From contig NC_068992.1 of assembly GCF_001194135.2 (NCBI RefSeq), forward strand, positions 58,203,911-58,267,910: a DNA stretch of 64,000 nucleotides. Direction: 5' to 3'. The stretch comes from Octopus bimaculoides. Taxonomy: Eukaryota. Positions 48,284 to 60,420 of this stretch are shown piece by piece. Every line of letters starts with the position of its first letter. Within the stretch, counting starts at the first letter, position 1. Below the pieces are notes generated by a model. That model had not been told where the DNA came from. It made no database searches and worked only from the letters and a program-made list of their open reading frames with translations. The position numbers and the translations under genes are program-made.

Positions 48284-49553
48284 AACGTAAAACAGTCCCA
48301 ACTTTGCATAAAGGACCTGAGGTGATTTTTTTTCTATTTTGCTTCTGTGACTTTTTCAGTAACAGGGTGCTTCTTATATACCTTTAAATGCAGTACTATT
48401 CTCCTATTGGGGTGGGGGAGATGTAGCAATACAAAGTATTCTTTGATACATCTTTCTCTACAGATTAAAAGTTGTAATAGTTACTGTATTTGTCTGGCCA
48501 GTTTCCACAAGACCTACTCTGAAGTATGAACACTTTTGATATAAATCTTCAAGCCATTCGAAGGAATTGTTTCCAATATAATGACAAGCAAATCCTCAAT
48601 CTCGATTATGGAATATTACTCAAATACCAAAAATGGCATATATATTTACACATTTACTTAATTTCCAGTCTTCTAAATTCTTGTCTATCCAGTCCAGCAT
48701 TAATGAGTCAACTAATCAATAATAGCTAAATATCTAATCAAATGTAAAGATTTTCAGTATTCTTGACATTTCAGGCATGTTTAAATTCTGTGAGTTGTCA
48801 GCAAGGTATTGATTGGCTATTTCCATAGAGTGTGTCAGAACTATGATTAGTGTTAATGTATTGAGCATCAAAAGTCTAAATGGAAATAGTTACATATGCA
48901 ATGAGATAGAGACACCTTTTGGCTTAATAACTAATTTATATTCTTATTAAGGCAGGGAACTGGTTGGACAAAATGCTTCGTGGCATTTACTCCAACTCTG
49001 TTTTCTGAGTACAAATTGCATCAAGGTTAACTTTACCTTTTATCTTTTCAAGCATTAATAAAATACCAGTTAAGTACTGAGGCTGATAGAATCAACTATT
49101 CTCCCCCTCCCACCAAAAAAAGAATTTCTTGAGTTTCTGCTTATAATGGAGAGAATTAATATTATTTTTTATTGGGTGGTCAGCTGGCAAAATCATTTGC
49201 GAGTCTGACAAAATGTTTTCTGGTATTTCTTTCAGCTTTACATTTTGGGTTCCTGGGGTCAGTAAGAACCCCTTTCCCCTAAAACTGTTGGCCTTGCTCA
49301 TGAAACTTGAAACAAACTCAGTTTCAGTTATGATAATAAAAACCAAAAAACAAACAAACACGTCCTCTGCAATTTACTAAACACTTGTTTGACATAATTT
49401 TTTGCTGTATTTTGTATTCGTTTTTTTTTTTTTCATCTCTTATTATTGATATTCTATAAAAATGAAGCTGCATCCCTTAATCTGCTGCTTTTCTATATGG
49501 AAACTGAGAAGATATCTTGCAGAACATTTGTTATTTTAATGAGATACATCTTG

Positions 49554-49660
49554 TAATCACCTGAAGAGACACAGTTACACTGATGGATACTCCTAAACCA
49601 GTTAAGTATCCCACCCATGTGGAATCGATGCTAGATTGGTCGAAACAATCGTCGTGATTA
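49554..49660 (+). ncRNA. Type I hammerhead ribozyme motif (Penelope/retrozyme-type, minimal stem III)
   Basis: Stem I taatcac(49554-60)/gtgatta(49654-60), 7 bp. Core CUGAAGA 49561-67. Stem II gac..gtc with structured extension (ggatact/agtatcc). GAAA 49642-45, stem III AC-aatc-GU, cleavage triplet GUC 49651-53. AATAAA follows at 49660. Confidence 0.8.
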
Positions 49661-50289
49661 ATAAACATTCTCATATCGTCCATCTTCCATCTCTCTCATT
49701 AACCAAATATATATGCATTATATATATATATGTGAGTAAAAATAAATACAAAAAAAGGGTTTTGTATGATCGCGTATAGAGGAATATATTATTTCATTTA
49801 AGAGTTCCAACTCTGTCTGTTTTTTATTTATGTGGGATATAGAATATGGAATATATAATATAAAAAAAGATGGATGGTATAATGAAATGAAGTATTGAAT
49901 GTCTTATTGAATATATGGAATATGTCTTATTGAATATATGAAATATTGAGTGTTCAATATAAAGGATTAAATATATAAAGGCGAATACGTATTCTCTATA
50001 CCTTGTGGTATTTCGTTGGAAATTAAAAGGCATTTGATGGCATTAAAGACGTGGGCATATCAAATGCACTCTAATTTTAGCAGTGCGTGTTCAAGAGGGG
50101 AAAAAGTTTCTAATACACCAACTATTAAGCATTTANNNNNNNNNNNNNNNNNNNNNNNNNNNNNNNNNNNNNNNNNNNNNNNNNNNNNNNNNNNNNNNNN
50201 NNNNNNNNNNNNNNNNNNNNNNNNNNNNNNNNNNNATATATACATCATCACTACTACCATCAAAACAACAACAGCACTATCAGCATCGA

Positions 50290-51085
50290 TGTCATCGTCA
50301 TCCTCATAATTTTCCATCAACTTTCCATGCTGATGTGTCGTCATCTCCTGAATCAGTTGTTATTCAGGTTACAACTCTCCTAGACATGTTGGAGGATCAG
50401 AATTTGTACAACTAATATGATGGAGATGCCTTGGTTGTCCTTCTTGAAACCAACTTTTTTACAGAGTGAACTGAATGCATTTTCTCATGGTATCAGTACT
50501 ACACTGATTGACATGTTTTAGATATGTCTGTTCTCATGACCTCAAATTATGTACTTTCTCCAACATGTTTTTACTGTGGCTACCATATATAGTCAAGATA
50601 TCCCCAATCTCTGCTAATAAGCTGACCCAAATAAGAGAAGCTATCTACTACATCTAGGGATCCTCCTGGACGTTTGAGAGAATCTTTTTCCCATGCACTT
50701 TTAGTGTTTATTACCCCTCTACAAAGTCTACTTCTTGTGGTAACCTGTCTATGCATCTCTTACATGTTCATAATTTGCTTTAGGTACACCATATGGAATT
50801 TCTTCCTTTTCTATATGTTGAACAAGACAATTTCCCCAATGGAAGAATTGTCCTGTTTGTTTTCCTACTTATCAGTACTTTATTCTTTACCATGTCAACT
50901 TTGATTCCAGGTTTTGTCTCCATGCCTGGAATTCCTTCTTTGACTCTACAACAGATTTAGCTATAAGAACAAGGAGATCTTCAGCATATATGAGTTTCCA
51001 CAGGCATCCACTCTTAAACTTATCTGCAATGGCCTTCACTTGTGTGAATATAAATGGATTATGGAATTAAAATAAAATGCTTGAT
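50290..51085 (-). mobile_element. Degenerate RTE (BovB-like) LINE: RT remnant joined to a family-C 3' tail
   Basis: Minus strand: KAIADKFKSGCLWKLIYAEDL (YADD-like, 50977-88), EFQAWRQNLESK, Cys-rich RNSIWC segment, GSLDVVDSFSYLG; family-C-like 3' end toward 50290. Confidence 0.75.
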
Positions 51086-51680
51086 TTACAAACATATTGA
51101 CTCGATAAAGCTATATGGGACATATTGCTATGTTGAACATTAGTGGAATACCCAATTCTGGCAACTAGCAAGTGCAAACAGTACAGCTAAAATATCAGAA
51201 ATCATATTTATGCTTAATTTGAGAAAATCTAACAGCAGACACTGTACAGTAGAATTGGGGAAGCTGTCACCTTGGCAATACCCATTTTTGTCTTAAATTA
51301 GTGTTTAAAATGTTTTTCATAAAAGCTAGGCTATTTATTGATTAGATAGTGCAGACTTACTAAACATTATCTAGGCTTTCTAACATAATCCATCTCCATA
51401 TGTTAAATTATTTTCTAGTGTGGTTATTTCATGTCTCATAAGCTGAATTACATCTGTATTAAACCACTGCAGAATAAGTATCAGATTTACTCTAATGTTG
51501 AAGTTATTTAATCAACCCCACAACCTTATGAAATAGGCCTTGTGTTTAGTTTAAACTGAAAGAATCAGGTATAACAAATGCATATTTTAAAATAGGAAGG
51601 ACATAGATTTGAAAAATTAAAAAATGGATCTCAATACTGTTTAAATGGTGAATGTAAAATATGATATGATATTTTTGAGC

Positions 51681-51960
51681 TGTTAGTCTCAAAAGGTGTT
51701 GTGTTCAAGAGATGTTGATCCGAAGATGTGTTGGTCTCAAAAGGTGTTGCATTCAAAAGATGTTGATTTCAAGATGTGTTGGTCTCAAAAAGTGTTGGGT
51801 TCAAGAAGTCTTAACCCCAAAAAGTGTTTGTGTCGAGATGTGTTGATCTCAAGAGCTGTTTGGCCGAAGAATATTGTTCACAAGAGATGTTTGGTCGAAG
51901 AATATTGTTCACAAGAGATGTTGCATTCAAGTGGTGTTGGGCTCAGGAGTTGATCTCAAG
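51681..51960. repeat. Minisatellite, ~15-16-bp monomer with ~47-bp higher-order period
   Basis: tgttggtctcaaaagg-tgttgcattcaaaaga-tgttgatttcaagatg repeated. Confidence 0.75.
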
Positions 51961-52501
51961 ACTGAAACGTCTTAAATTCATTTCTTACCACAGGCAAGAC
52001 ATTAACCCCCAGACCACCATCAACTGCTGCACTAGCAAAGAATAAATAGACAAGGTTTTAATGGTCGAGCTCCAAATTATATTAGAAATTTAATGAATGG
52101 TTTGGTGTTTTACAGTGAGTAACATACAATAATCAAACAACCGATAATGCAAAAATTAAACCAACACAATTACCCTAGCATGGCCACAGTCCAATGACTG
52201 AAACTAGTTATTGGATTGTGTAAAAGAATGATTGATTGACAGGAGAGGTTAAGCAAGGGTTTCTTGTATCCTGAAGAATCTACAAATTTCATTAAAACTT
52301 TTGACATAATTAATTGATCAAGTAAAACAACAACAACAACAAAAACAATAAAAACATTTAATATAAAGGCACTTTAAAAAATAATATACATATGTATATA
52401 TTATATTTATATTTTTTTTGTGGAGATACTACAATTTGTTTATTTTGTTTTAGTTATTTTTGTCTTCTTTCGTCACTAAAAATGCATATGTGTTTGTGCA
52501 C

Positions 52502-52546
<45 letters not shown>

Positions 52547-53944
52547 GTGTGTGTTTATTCATGTTTACAGTTTAAAAACTAGTTTAGCTTATGTTAGCAT
52601 TCCTTAATGTTCTGTAACTTAGCAGTTCAACAAAGATTGATAATAGTAGTACCAGACTGTAATAAGTTGTGTACAATAAAACTAAAACTCGTTAGTGTGA
52701 TGTTTCAGCACGGTCAAAATTGAACACCTGCATTTAGCAAAAGAGTGAAAGAACACACACACATACACACGTCTACTTTATTTATGGGTTATCAATGCTA
52801 CCATTAGTTTCATGCATAAAAATTCCACAATTTTTTAAGTGTCCCACTCAAGGATCTTACTAATCTGCCTCCATGTTAGTAGCATTGTTAATCCATAAAT
52901 AAAGAATATATTTATCCTCCAACTGTAGTGTTGTGCACTCATTCTTACAGTTCACTACTATTGTGTGTGTGTGTATGTATATATGTATACATGTACAAAT
53001 ATATGTACACACACACAGACACACATATAAGAAAATACTGAATGGTTTTGTAATTTGTCCATTTTGCTGGGTTTTTTTCTTTAATATTGTTCCTCGAAAT
53101 ATTTTGGATTTCCAGTTTTTTTTTTGTTCTTTTTTTCTTGCATGGACAGATACTTTGTATCAAAGGTTCTTGGAATATTGGTAATACATTCCATTGAGCT
53201 CTGTTATATAGAGTTCTTCAGAACTGAGAGCTGTGGAATCTTGGCAATAAATTCAATTGAGCTGTGTAGAGAAGCGATTCAAGAAAAAAAATAAAACAAA
53301 GCAGAAAATAAAAAATAAAGAAAAAAATGCAATACAATATTTGAGTTGGTTCAGTGTTGTTTGATTCCTTTTCTTTTTCTTTTTTAAAAGAACAGTTCGA
53401 ACAAGATAAAAAAATTTTTTTTTTAAATTAAAAAAGAAAAAATGGTTATATAGTAATGTTCAGAATGGTAATATACTTGTCCTCTTTGTCGGTGAGTTTC
53501 AAAGCAGCTGTTATAATGTACAGAACAATAAAACACTGTAAACATAAAAACTATGGAGAAATAAAAAAAAAAATTATGAAGATTAAAAAATACAGGGCTT
53601 ATTCGATTGAGCCTCTTTTTACCTTATTTCCATTAACATACATTATGTTTCAGGGGTTTATATTCCGGGTATGCTAGGTGTGCACTGCACACCCATCGAA
53701 AATGGCAAACTCATTACAAATATTAACCTTGCTCATTAATTTAATCACAAATCTGAATGGAAAACTTTTGTTAGACCCCTGCTTGAAATTTGGTGGCATT
53801 GGGTGAGGCAGCTCACTCAGTACTGCAACCAAAATATGCCACTGTTATGTTTGTTTCAATTCATTTTGAAAATAATGAAGAACTTAGAGAAATAAGCTAT
53901 ATTAAATTTCTGAGCGAAATATAAACAGTAGCAGTGCGGAATCG

Positions 53945-54194
53945 TAACATATGATTGCTAATCAAATGTGGTGTCCTATACAGGGCAGTGCTACTGACGT
54001 TTATAGCCCGAGGAAGACATCTCTTCCATCTGGCTAACGATGCGCATTTTGTGTCCGATTAGTGTGTCTGCAAATACTAATCAGACACAGAATGTGTGTT
54101 GTTAGCCAGCTGGAAGAGATGACTTCCTGGGGCTATAAAAGTCAGTAGCACTGTCCTGTATAGGACACCACACTTGGTTGGCAATTATATGTTA
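53945..54194. repeat. 250-bp near-perfect inverted repeat (foldback element)
   Basis: Arms 53945-54063 and 54076-54194, about 85% complementary by eye; 12-nt loop. Confidence 0.85.
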
Positions 54195-55249
54195 ATGAAG
54201 AATTTAATAAAAAGTAACTTAAAGATGGTAAGTTGGTAGAATTGTCACTGAGTCAGACAAAAGGCATTTCCTTTAGATTTTTGCATCCTGAGTTCAAATT
54301 CCCGAGGTTGACTTTGCCTTTTGTCTTTTCAGAGCCAATAAAATAAGCACCAGTTGAACACTGTGGGTTCAATGTAATCAACTTAATCACTCCTTTAAAA
54401 TTACTGGTCTTGTGCCAAAATTTGAAGGAAAGTTTTAATTTAGAATGGTCTCAGGTGGGTTGGTATCAAAATGGTTAAATCTAGTTATAATAACTGTTTC
54501 TAATTTAGGTACAATGATGGTCATCACAAGGAGAAGGTGTTAGTCAATGCCATCACCCCCATTTCTTGACCGGTACTCTATTTTATCTACCACAGAGAAA
54601 TGAAAGGCAAAGTTGACTTTGGTAGGATTTGAACTCAGAGTGTAGAGAGCCAGAAAGAATTACTGTAAGGTGTTTTGTCTGATATTCTAATGATTTTGCC
54701 AATCCATAACCCAGCATTTACTTTGTTCAGCATTATTATAATGATTATAATAATCTCAGTTATAATGAGTACAATCTAATTATAATAATGCAGAAAACAA
54801 AGAAACTATTTTAAACAAACATATTCACTGAATTTATGTTGAATGAAAATTATAATTCATTATTCGTTATCATCATCTACTTATCTATGTTTGCATGGGT
54901 TGGATGGGGTTTGTTGGGGCAGACTTTCTCTTTTTCTCTGGTTGGATGCCCATCTTGTCACCAAACCATACCTGTTTCTAAGCAGGGTAATATATCCCCT
55001 TGGGCAGACATGTTTCTGCAGAATGTTGGAAATGAATGACACTGCTTATATATTAGTGACACAGGTTTGTGGACGTTAAACGGCGATGATGATGATCACC
55101 TGATATCAAGAACAAGGAGACACTAACATACATAGACTCACACAGATACACACGCTCATATAAATATCTATGTATATATATATATATATATATAGAAATA
55201 TTATTATTTCTAAGTCTCTCTAAAGGAGACTACGGCAGTGGTACTGGAT

Positions 55250-55476
55250 ATTAATAGTCATCGCCAAGCTAACATTGATAAGGGGCAAATACCCTGAAAC
55301 TAGTTTGTAGATGCCAGACCAGCAAGGGGAAGTGGCTGACCTCCCCTGTTCGAAGGTTATAATGGACACAGGTTCGTGTATCACATAGCTAACTAGAGGC
55401 GATGGCCTCTTGGAGCTAATCAATGGCAGCATTCATCCTATTTTTCTGGACTGCCATGTTAGCTTGGCGATAACTA

Positions 55477-55481
<5 letters not shown>
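55250..55481. mobile_element. MITE with 26-bp terminal inverted repeats
   Basis: attaatagtcatcgccaagctaacat (55250-75) and atgttagcttggcgataactattaat (55456-81), 25/26 complementary; CpG-rich interior. Confidence 0.8.
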
Positions 55482-55511
<30 letters not shown>

Positions 55512-56922
55512 GATGATGATGATGACGATGATGGTATATATATNNNNNNNNNNNNNNNNNNNNNNNNNNNNNNNNNNNNNNNNNNNNNNNNNNNNNNNNN
55601 NNNNNNNNNNNNNNNNNNNNNNNNNNNNNNNNNNNNNNNNNNNNNNNNNNNNNNNNNNNNNNNNNNNNNNNNNNNNNNNNNNNNNNNNNNNNNNNNNNNN
55701 NNNNNNNNNNNNNNNNNNNNNNNNNNNNNNNNNNNNNNNNNNNNNNNNNNNNNNNNNNNNNNNNNNNNNNNNNNNNNNNNNNNNNNNNNNNNNNNNNNNN
55801 NNNNNNNNNNNNNNNNNNNNNNNNNNNNNNNNNNNNNNNNNNNNNNNNNNNNNNNNNNNNNNNNNNNNNNNNNNNNNNNNNNNNNNNNNNNNNNNNNNNN
55901 NNNNNNNNNNNNNNNNNNNNNNNNNNNNNNNNNNNNNNNNNNNNNNNNNNNNNNNNNNNNNNNNNNNNNNNNNNNNNNTATATATATATATATATATATC
56001 TTTTTCAGATATTTCATCAAATATCTGTTCACAGAGTAAGAATTAATTTTAGTGGTGGATATGTAAACCATAGCTACAAGAGATGCCAAAAAAGTGTTGG
56101 AGAAGCAGAAATCGTCAATCCTGTTTTTGAGTGGATAATCAACATCTTTATGGAAATTAACAATAAATTTAATCAGACAGTCAGTGTTAATCCTCCTTTC
56201 CTTTTTCCTTTTTTTTTTTGTTTTAAGTAATTAAATGTTGCTGGGGATAACTAACAACACACTAATTGAAATTTGACCCATTTAATTAATTCATCTCTGC
56301 ATTTAGTTATAATAGTCGGAAATTGCGGCTGAGATTTTTATGTTAATTCTTTATGTCAAATGAAACAAATGTGAATGAGATATATAAATTACGATGCACT
56401 GAACCATAAAGAAGAGAAGGTAGGAGGTAGTTAGAAGGAGGTAGAGGTAATAGGAAAAGAGAGAGGTGGAGACAGAGACAGACAAATACAGAAAATATAC
56501 GTGTGTGTGTGTGTGTGGGCGTGTGTGGGTGTGTCCAGAATAAATAGATTTATATTAAATAACTCAATGGGTCTCTCTAATAATACATATGCCCTTGATT
56601 TGCATACATGATTTAATATTAAATTATTGGAAAGAATAAGATAATACCCTCAAAAATTGTCCCTTCATCAGTTGTTTCTGCTTCTCAACCAGTTTATAAC
56701 AGATGTATGCACTTGTTTATTTGCATTACATCTATTTTTTCGATGCTAGCATGTGTGTGTGTGTGTGTGTGTGCGTGTGTGTGCATATGTGTATGTGTGG
56801 TTTGATATGTTTGTATTTACACACACATATATATGTATCGTTTACATCATCTGTGAACTAAACCCCCATATTTTATGTGTATATATATATATATATAAGC
56901 AATGTTAATTCTCTAAATGAAG

Positions 56923-56954
<32 letters not shown>

Positions 56955-57629
56955 TGTATTACTTTCCAGTCAAATAAAGCACTGTAAAGATAGAAGTATA
57001 AATAAAAAATAGCGGTACAACAAGGCACCAATGTTTACTGGAAATAGCAGTCGATAATTTTACAACGCTATAGTAAATTATCAACTGCTATTTCCACCAA
57101 NNNNNNNNNNNNNNNNNNNNNNNNNNNNNNNNNNNNNNNNNNNNNNNNNNNNNNNNNNNNNNNNNNNNNNNNNNNNNNNNNNNNNNNNNNNNNNNNNNNN
57201 NNNNNNNNNNNNNNNNNNNNNNNNNNNNNNNNNNNNNNNNNNNNNNNNNNNNTATATATATATATATATATATATATGTACCATCCCCTACCAACACAGA
57301 TAATGTATTTTAAGCTGCTTCATAACAGTAAGGCAGTAAGACACACAGAGAAATACGGAGTAAGAAGAGAGAGAGAATCGCACATAATCTACTTTGCTCT
57401 TTCTAAATAAGCTGTATGAATTCAATACTAAAAAGTTTGTAAAACAATCCCTCCAAATTCAGTGAAAGAAGCAGAAATTAAAATAAAAATATTCACAAAC
57501 TGATTATGGTAGCACAGTTCTGTATATTAAACTAAATGTGGATGAACAATCAAAAGAACATATGAAATTTAAGTAACTGGTGGTAATCAAAACCACATCT
57601 CATAGGATAGCTTATTTTAGTACATAGTA

Positions 57630-57900
57630 TTTAATGTTCTAGATTATGATGTGGTGTATACTGTGTTCTAGTTTAAGATATGCTTGTTGGATGCTCTACT
57701 TTAAGATATGCATTTTACTTTGTAGTTTGAGATGTGATGAGGTATTATAACATATGACATGGTCCATGTTCTAGTTTAAGATGTGTTTTGTGTTGTGTTG
57801 CAGTTTCTGATGTATTCTGTGCTCTAGTTTAATATTGTTGTGCTCTATTTAGTTTAATACATGTCATAATCATGTCATAGTTTAAGATGTAATTTGTTCT
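57630..57900. repeat. Degenerate minisatellite
   Basis: Recurrent tgttctagtttaagat motif. Confidence 0.55.
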
Positions 57901-59270
57901 GTCAATCCCAGATATATCATAGACAAAAACCCAGGAAGTAATAAAACTGCAGTAATTCATAAGAAAGACACCAGAAACTAAACAAAAGAAAACTGTTACA
58001 TCTCAAAAGTAATTTTAATCTGTAAAAATAAGAGTATTTTAAAATTGCATCTTGTAATAAAAACTTATGAAATGATTTAGTAAACAGAAGATAAAAAGAA
58101 CCAAGGCTGGCACTAAACACTAGGTGAACCAAATGACCGCCCTGGACATGAAAATCTTGCAGTGCCATGCAAACTCTGTACAATTACACCAAATTCCTTA
58201 GCCCTTTTGATACCAACACTTTTGAGACAACCTCCAGGTCTATGATACAAACTCTTTGTTTTAAAATGATCTAGATTAAAATATTCCATTGAAATTTCAT
58301 GTTAATTTATGTTCCAAACACCATGATAAAGTTATTTTACTAAATTCTCCATTATTTTGAAAATTAATTGAAACAAAGACAGTGTATTTCAACAGAGCTA
58401 AAAAAAAAACACACAAACAAATAACCTTAAAAACTTAGTAATAAAGATAGGAGGTGAGATCATTCCAGGATAAAATGAGGGAAGAGTACAGGAGTGAGTA
58501 GGAGAGGTAGATGGGAGGGTCATGTGAAGTAATGAGCTGTCACATGATTTGGCTTGGAGCAGTTCAAATTTCAAAATTCAGATAACAGATTTATGTAGTG
58601 ATACACATGATAATAAAATTATGGATTCCTTGTTTGCAAGTTAAATATAATCATTGGGGTGTATTTTTCAGCTCATGCAAAAGAAGGTGGTAGCTGGAGG
58701 GAGTTGTAGAAATATAAGAGAAGAGGGAGCACATTCCAATGCTAAGAATAGAGGGTACATATCGTAGGGCTGGAGGAAGGGTGCACACATTGTAGAGTTG
58801 AGATAAGGGAGCACATATTGTAGTGCTGGCTCAAGATGCTGAATGCCCTAGTGTTGGCCCTGAAGGGAGCTTTGGGTGAAGTACATTGTTGTACTGCAAG
58901 GTGAAGAATAACTTTGTACTTTTTTGGCAAGGTGTTTTGTAGGAAGCTCTCAGTGTGCAGAAAAAAAAAAACATTAATGTTTTATAGAGGATCCTTACTG
59001 ATAGAGCCTTTCCTTTGGCGAGAGTCATCTTAAGTATAGAATTCTTTCTGTTTTCATTAACCTGTCCATTGTCAGAGGGTTGAATAAATTTCTTGAACTT
59101 CCATTATAGGCTCAAGTGCAGAAGGGCAATGAAAATGCTTTGAACATCCCCCTGAAAAACTTCATCACCAAAATGAACAGATGTAGAAACATTTTTGAAA
59201 TGATTTGAAACATTACTTTTCCATTATTGGATTGATGTATAAATGATAATAACTACAATAATAATAATAG

Positions 59271-59607
59271 ATAGATAGATATAACAGGTTAGCTTGGGAG
59301 GTTAAGCAGTTGTGGTCACTGAAAAAAGTGGTAGTAGTACCAATAATTGTTGGAGCCCTGGGAACAGTGAGTAAAAATCTTGAGAAGTATATGGAACAAA
59401 TAGGGGCTGCAATAAGGGTGGAACACTTGCAGAAAACAGCACTGCTTGGAACCACTCGGATACTCCAGATGGTGCTTGAAAAATAAGGGGGTGTTACCTT
59501 AGTTCACTGGTAGTGAACAGCTGACACCGTAGTACATCTCCAGTGTTAGAAGCTGTGCAAAGACAATAAAATAATAATAATAATAATAATAATTATTATT
59601 ATTATTA
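59271..59607 (+). mobile_element. 5'-truncated R4/Dong-clade element, second subfamily
   Basis: DRYNRLAWEVKQLWSLKKVVVVPIIVGALGTVSKNLEKYMEQIGAAIRVEHLQKTALLGTTRILQMVLEK* (stop 59484-86); short 3' UTR and (TAA)n tail. Confidence 0.85.
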
Positions 59608-60326
59608 AGTGAGAGAGCAATGCATGCCATCAAATTATAATCTGAATAGAAACGTTACAACGGGTTATAGAATACAATAAAAAACCACCAAGTCCTTCCG
59701 TAATAACGAAGCCCAGTGTATCCATGACTACCTGTCTGATAAGGGTACACAAGGCACATGCACCACAACCATATGTGTGCGACATGGTGATCTCATATCA
59801 AGATTAATAGTGCATGATCTTACAGGTGGGGGCCAGTTAGAATTTTCTCCAGGTTGAGTAGCCCATCCCACTCAAGAGTTCCCTGACTAAGGTTTGTTTT
59901 AAGGATGAGGAATGAAACACCCATGTTTCTAGAGGTGAATTGTTCAACCCCCAAAGAATTGCTCTCAACACATGGCTATGATGCTCTCCTACTACTTCTG
60001 CTCGTAACCAGAGATGCACATATTGTCAGCCACTAGAGGACATGTTCAACTGGTTAAGGTCAAACAACTGACAAGTAAATCTGGTACTGAGCAGAATATT
60101 TGCTGTAGCTCATCTTTTATACCAAGACAAAATAATGTACATGATATCACTTCCAATCAGTTCAGATCAAAAGCCATGAGAGCCACTCTCTGGTACTGCA
60201 TCAGGGAATAGCCACTGCCTGGTACTGCGACAGGGAATAGCCACTGCCTAGTACTGCATCAGGACATAACCATTGCCTGGTACTGCATTAGGGTATAGCC
60301 ATTGTCTGGTACTGCATCAAGGTAAC
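59608..60326 (-). mobile_element. Non-coding interspersed element bounded by TAA arrays at both ends, with a 5x29-bp terminal tandem repeat
   Basis: Complex non-coding segment flanked on the minus strand by (TAA)n at 59593-59607 and 60327-60419; unit gccactgcctggtactgcatcagggaata repeated five times at 60182-60326. Confidence 0.55.

Positions 60327-60420
<94 letters not shown>

Noticed and set aside
60182-60326. ctgatgc in the 29-bp unit (minus strand) as a ribozyme core
   Set aside because: Lacks A9 and GAAA.
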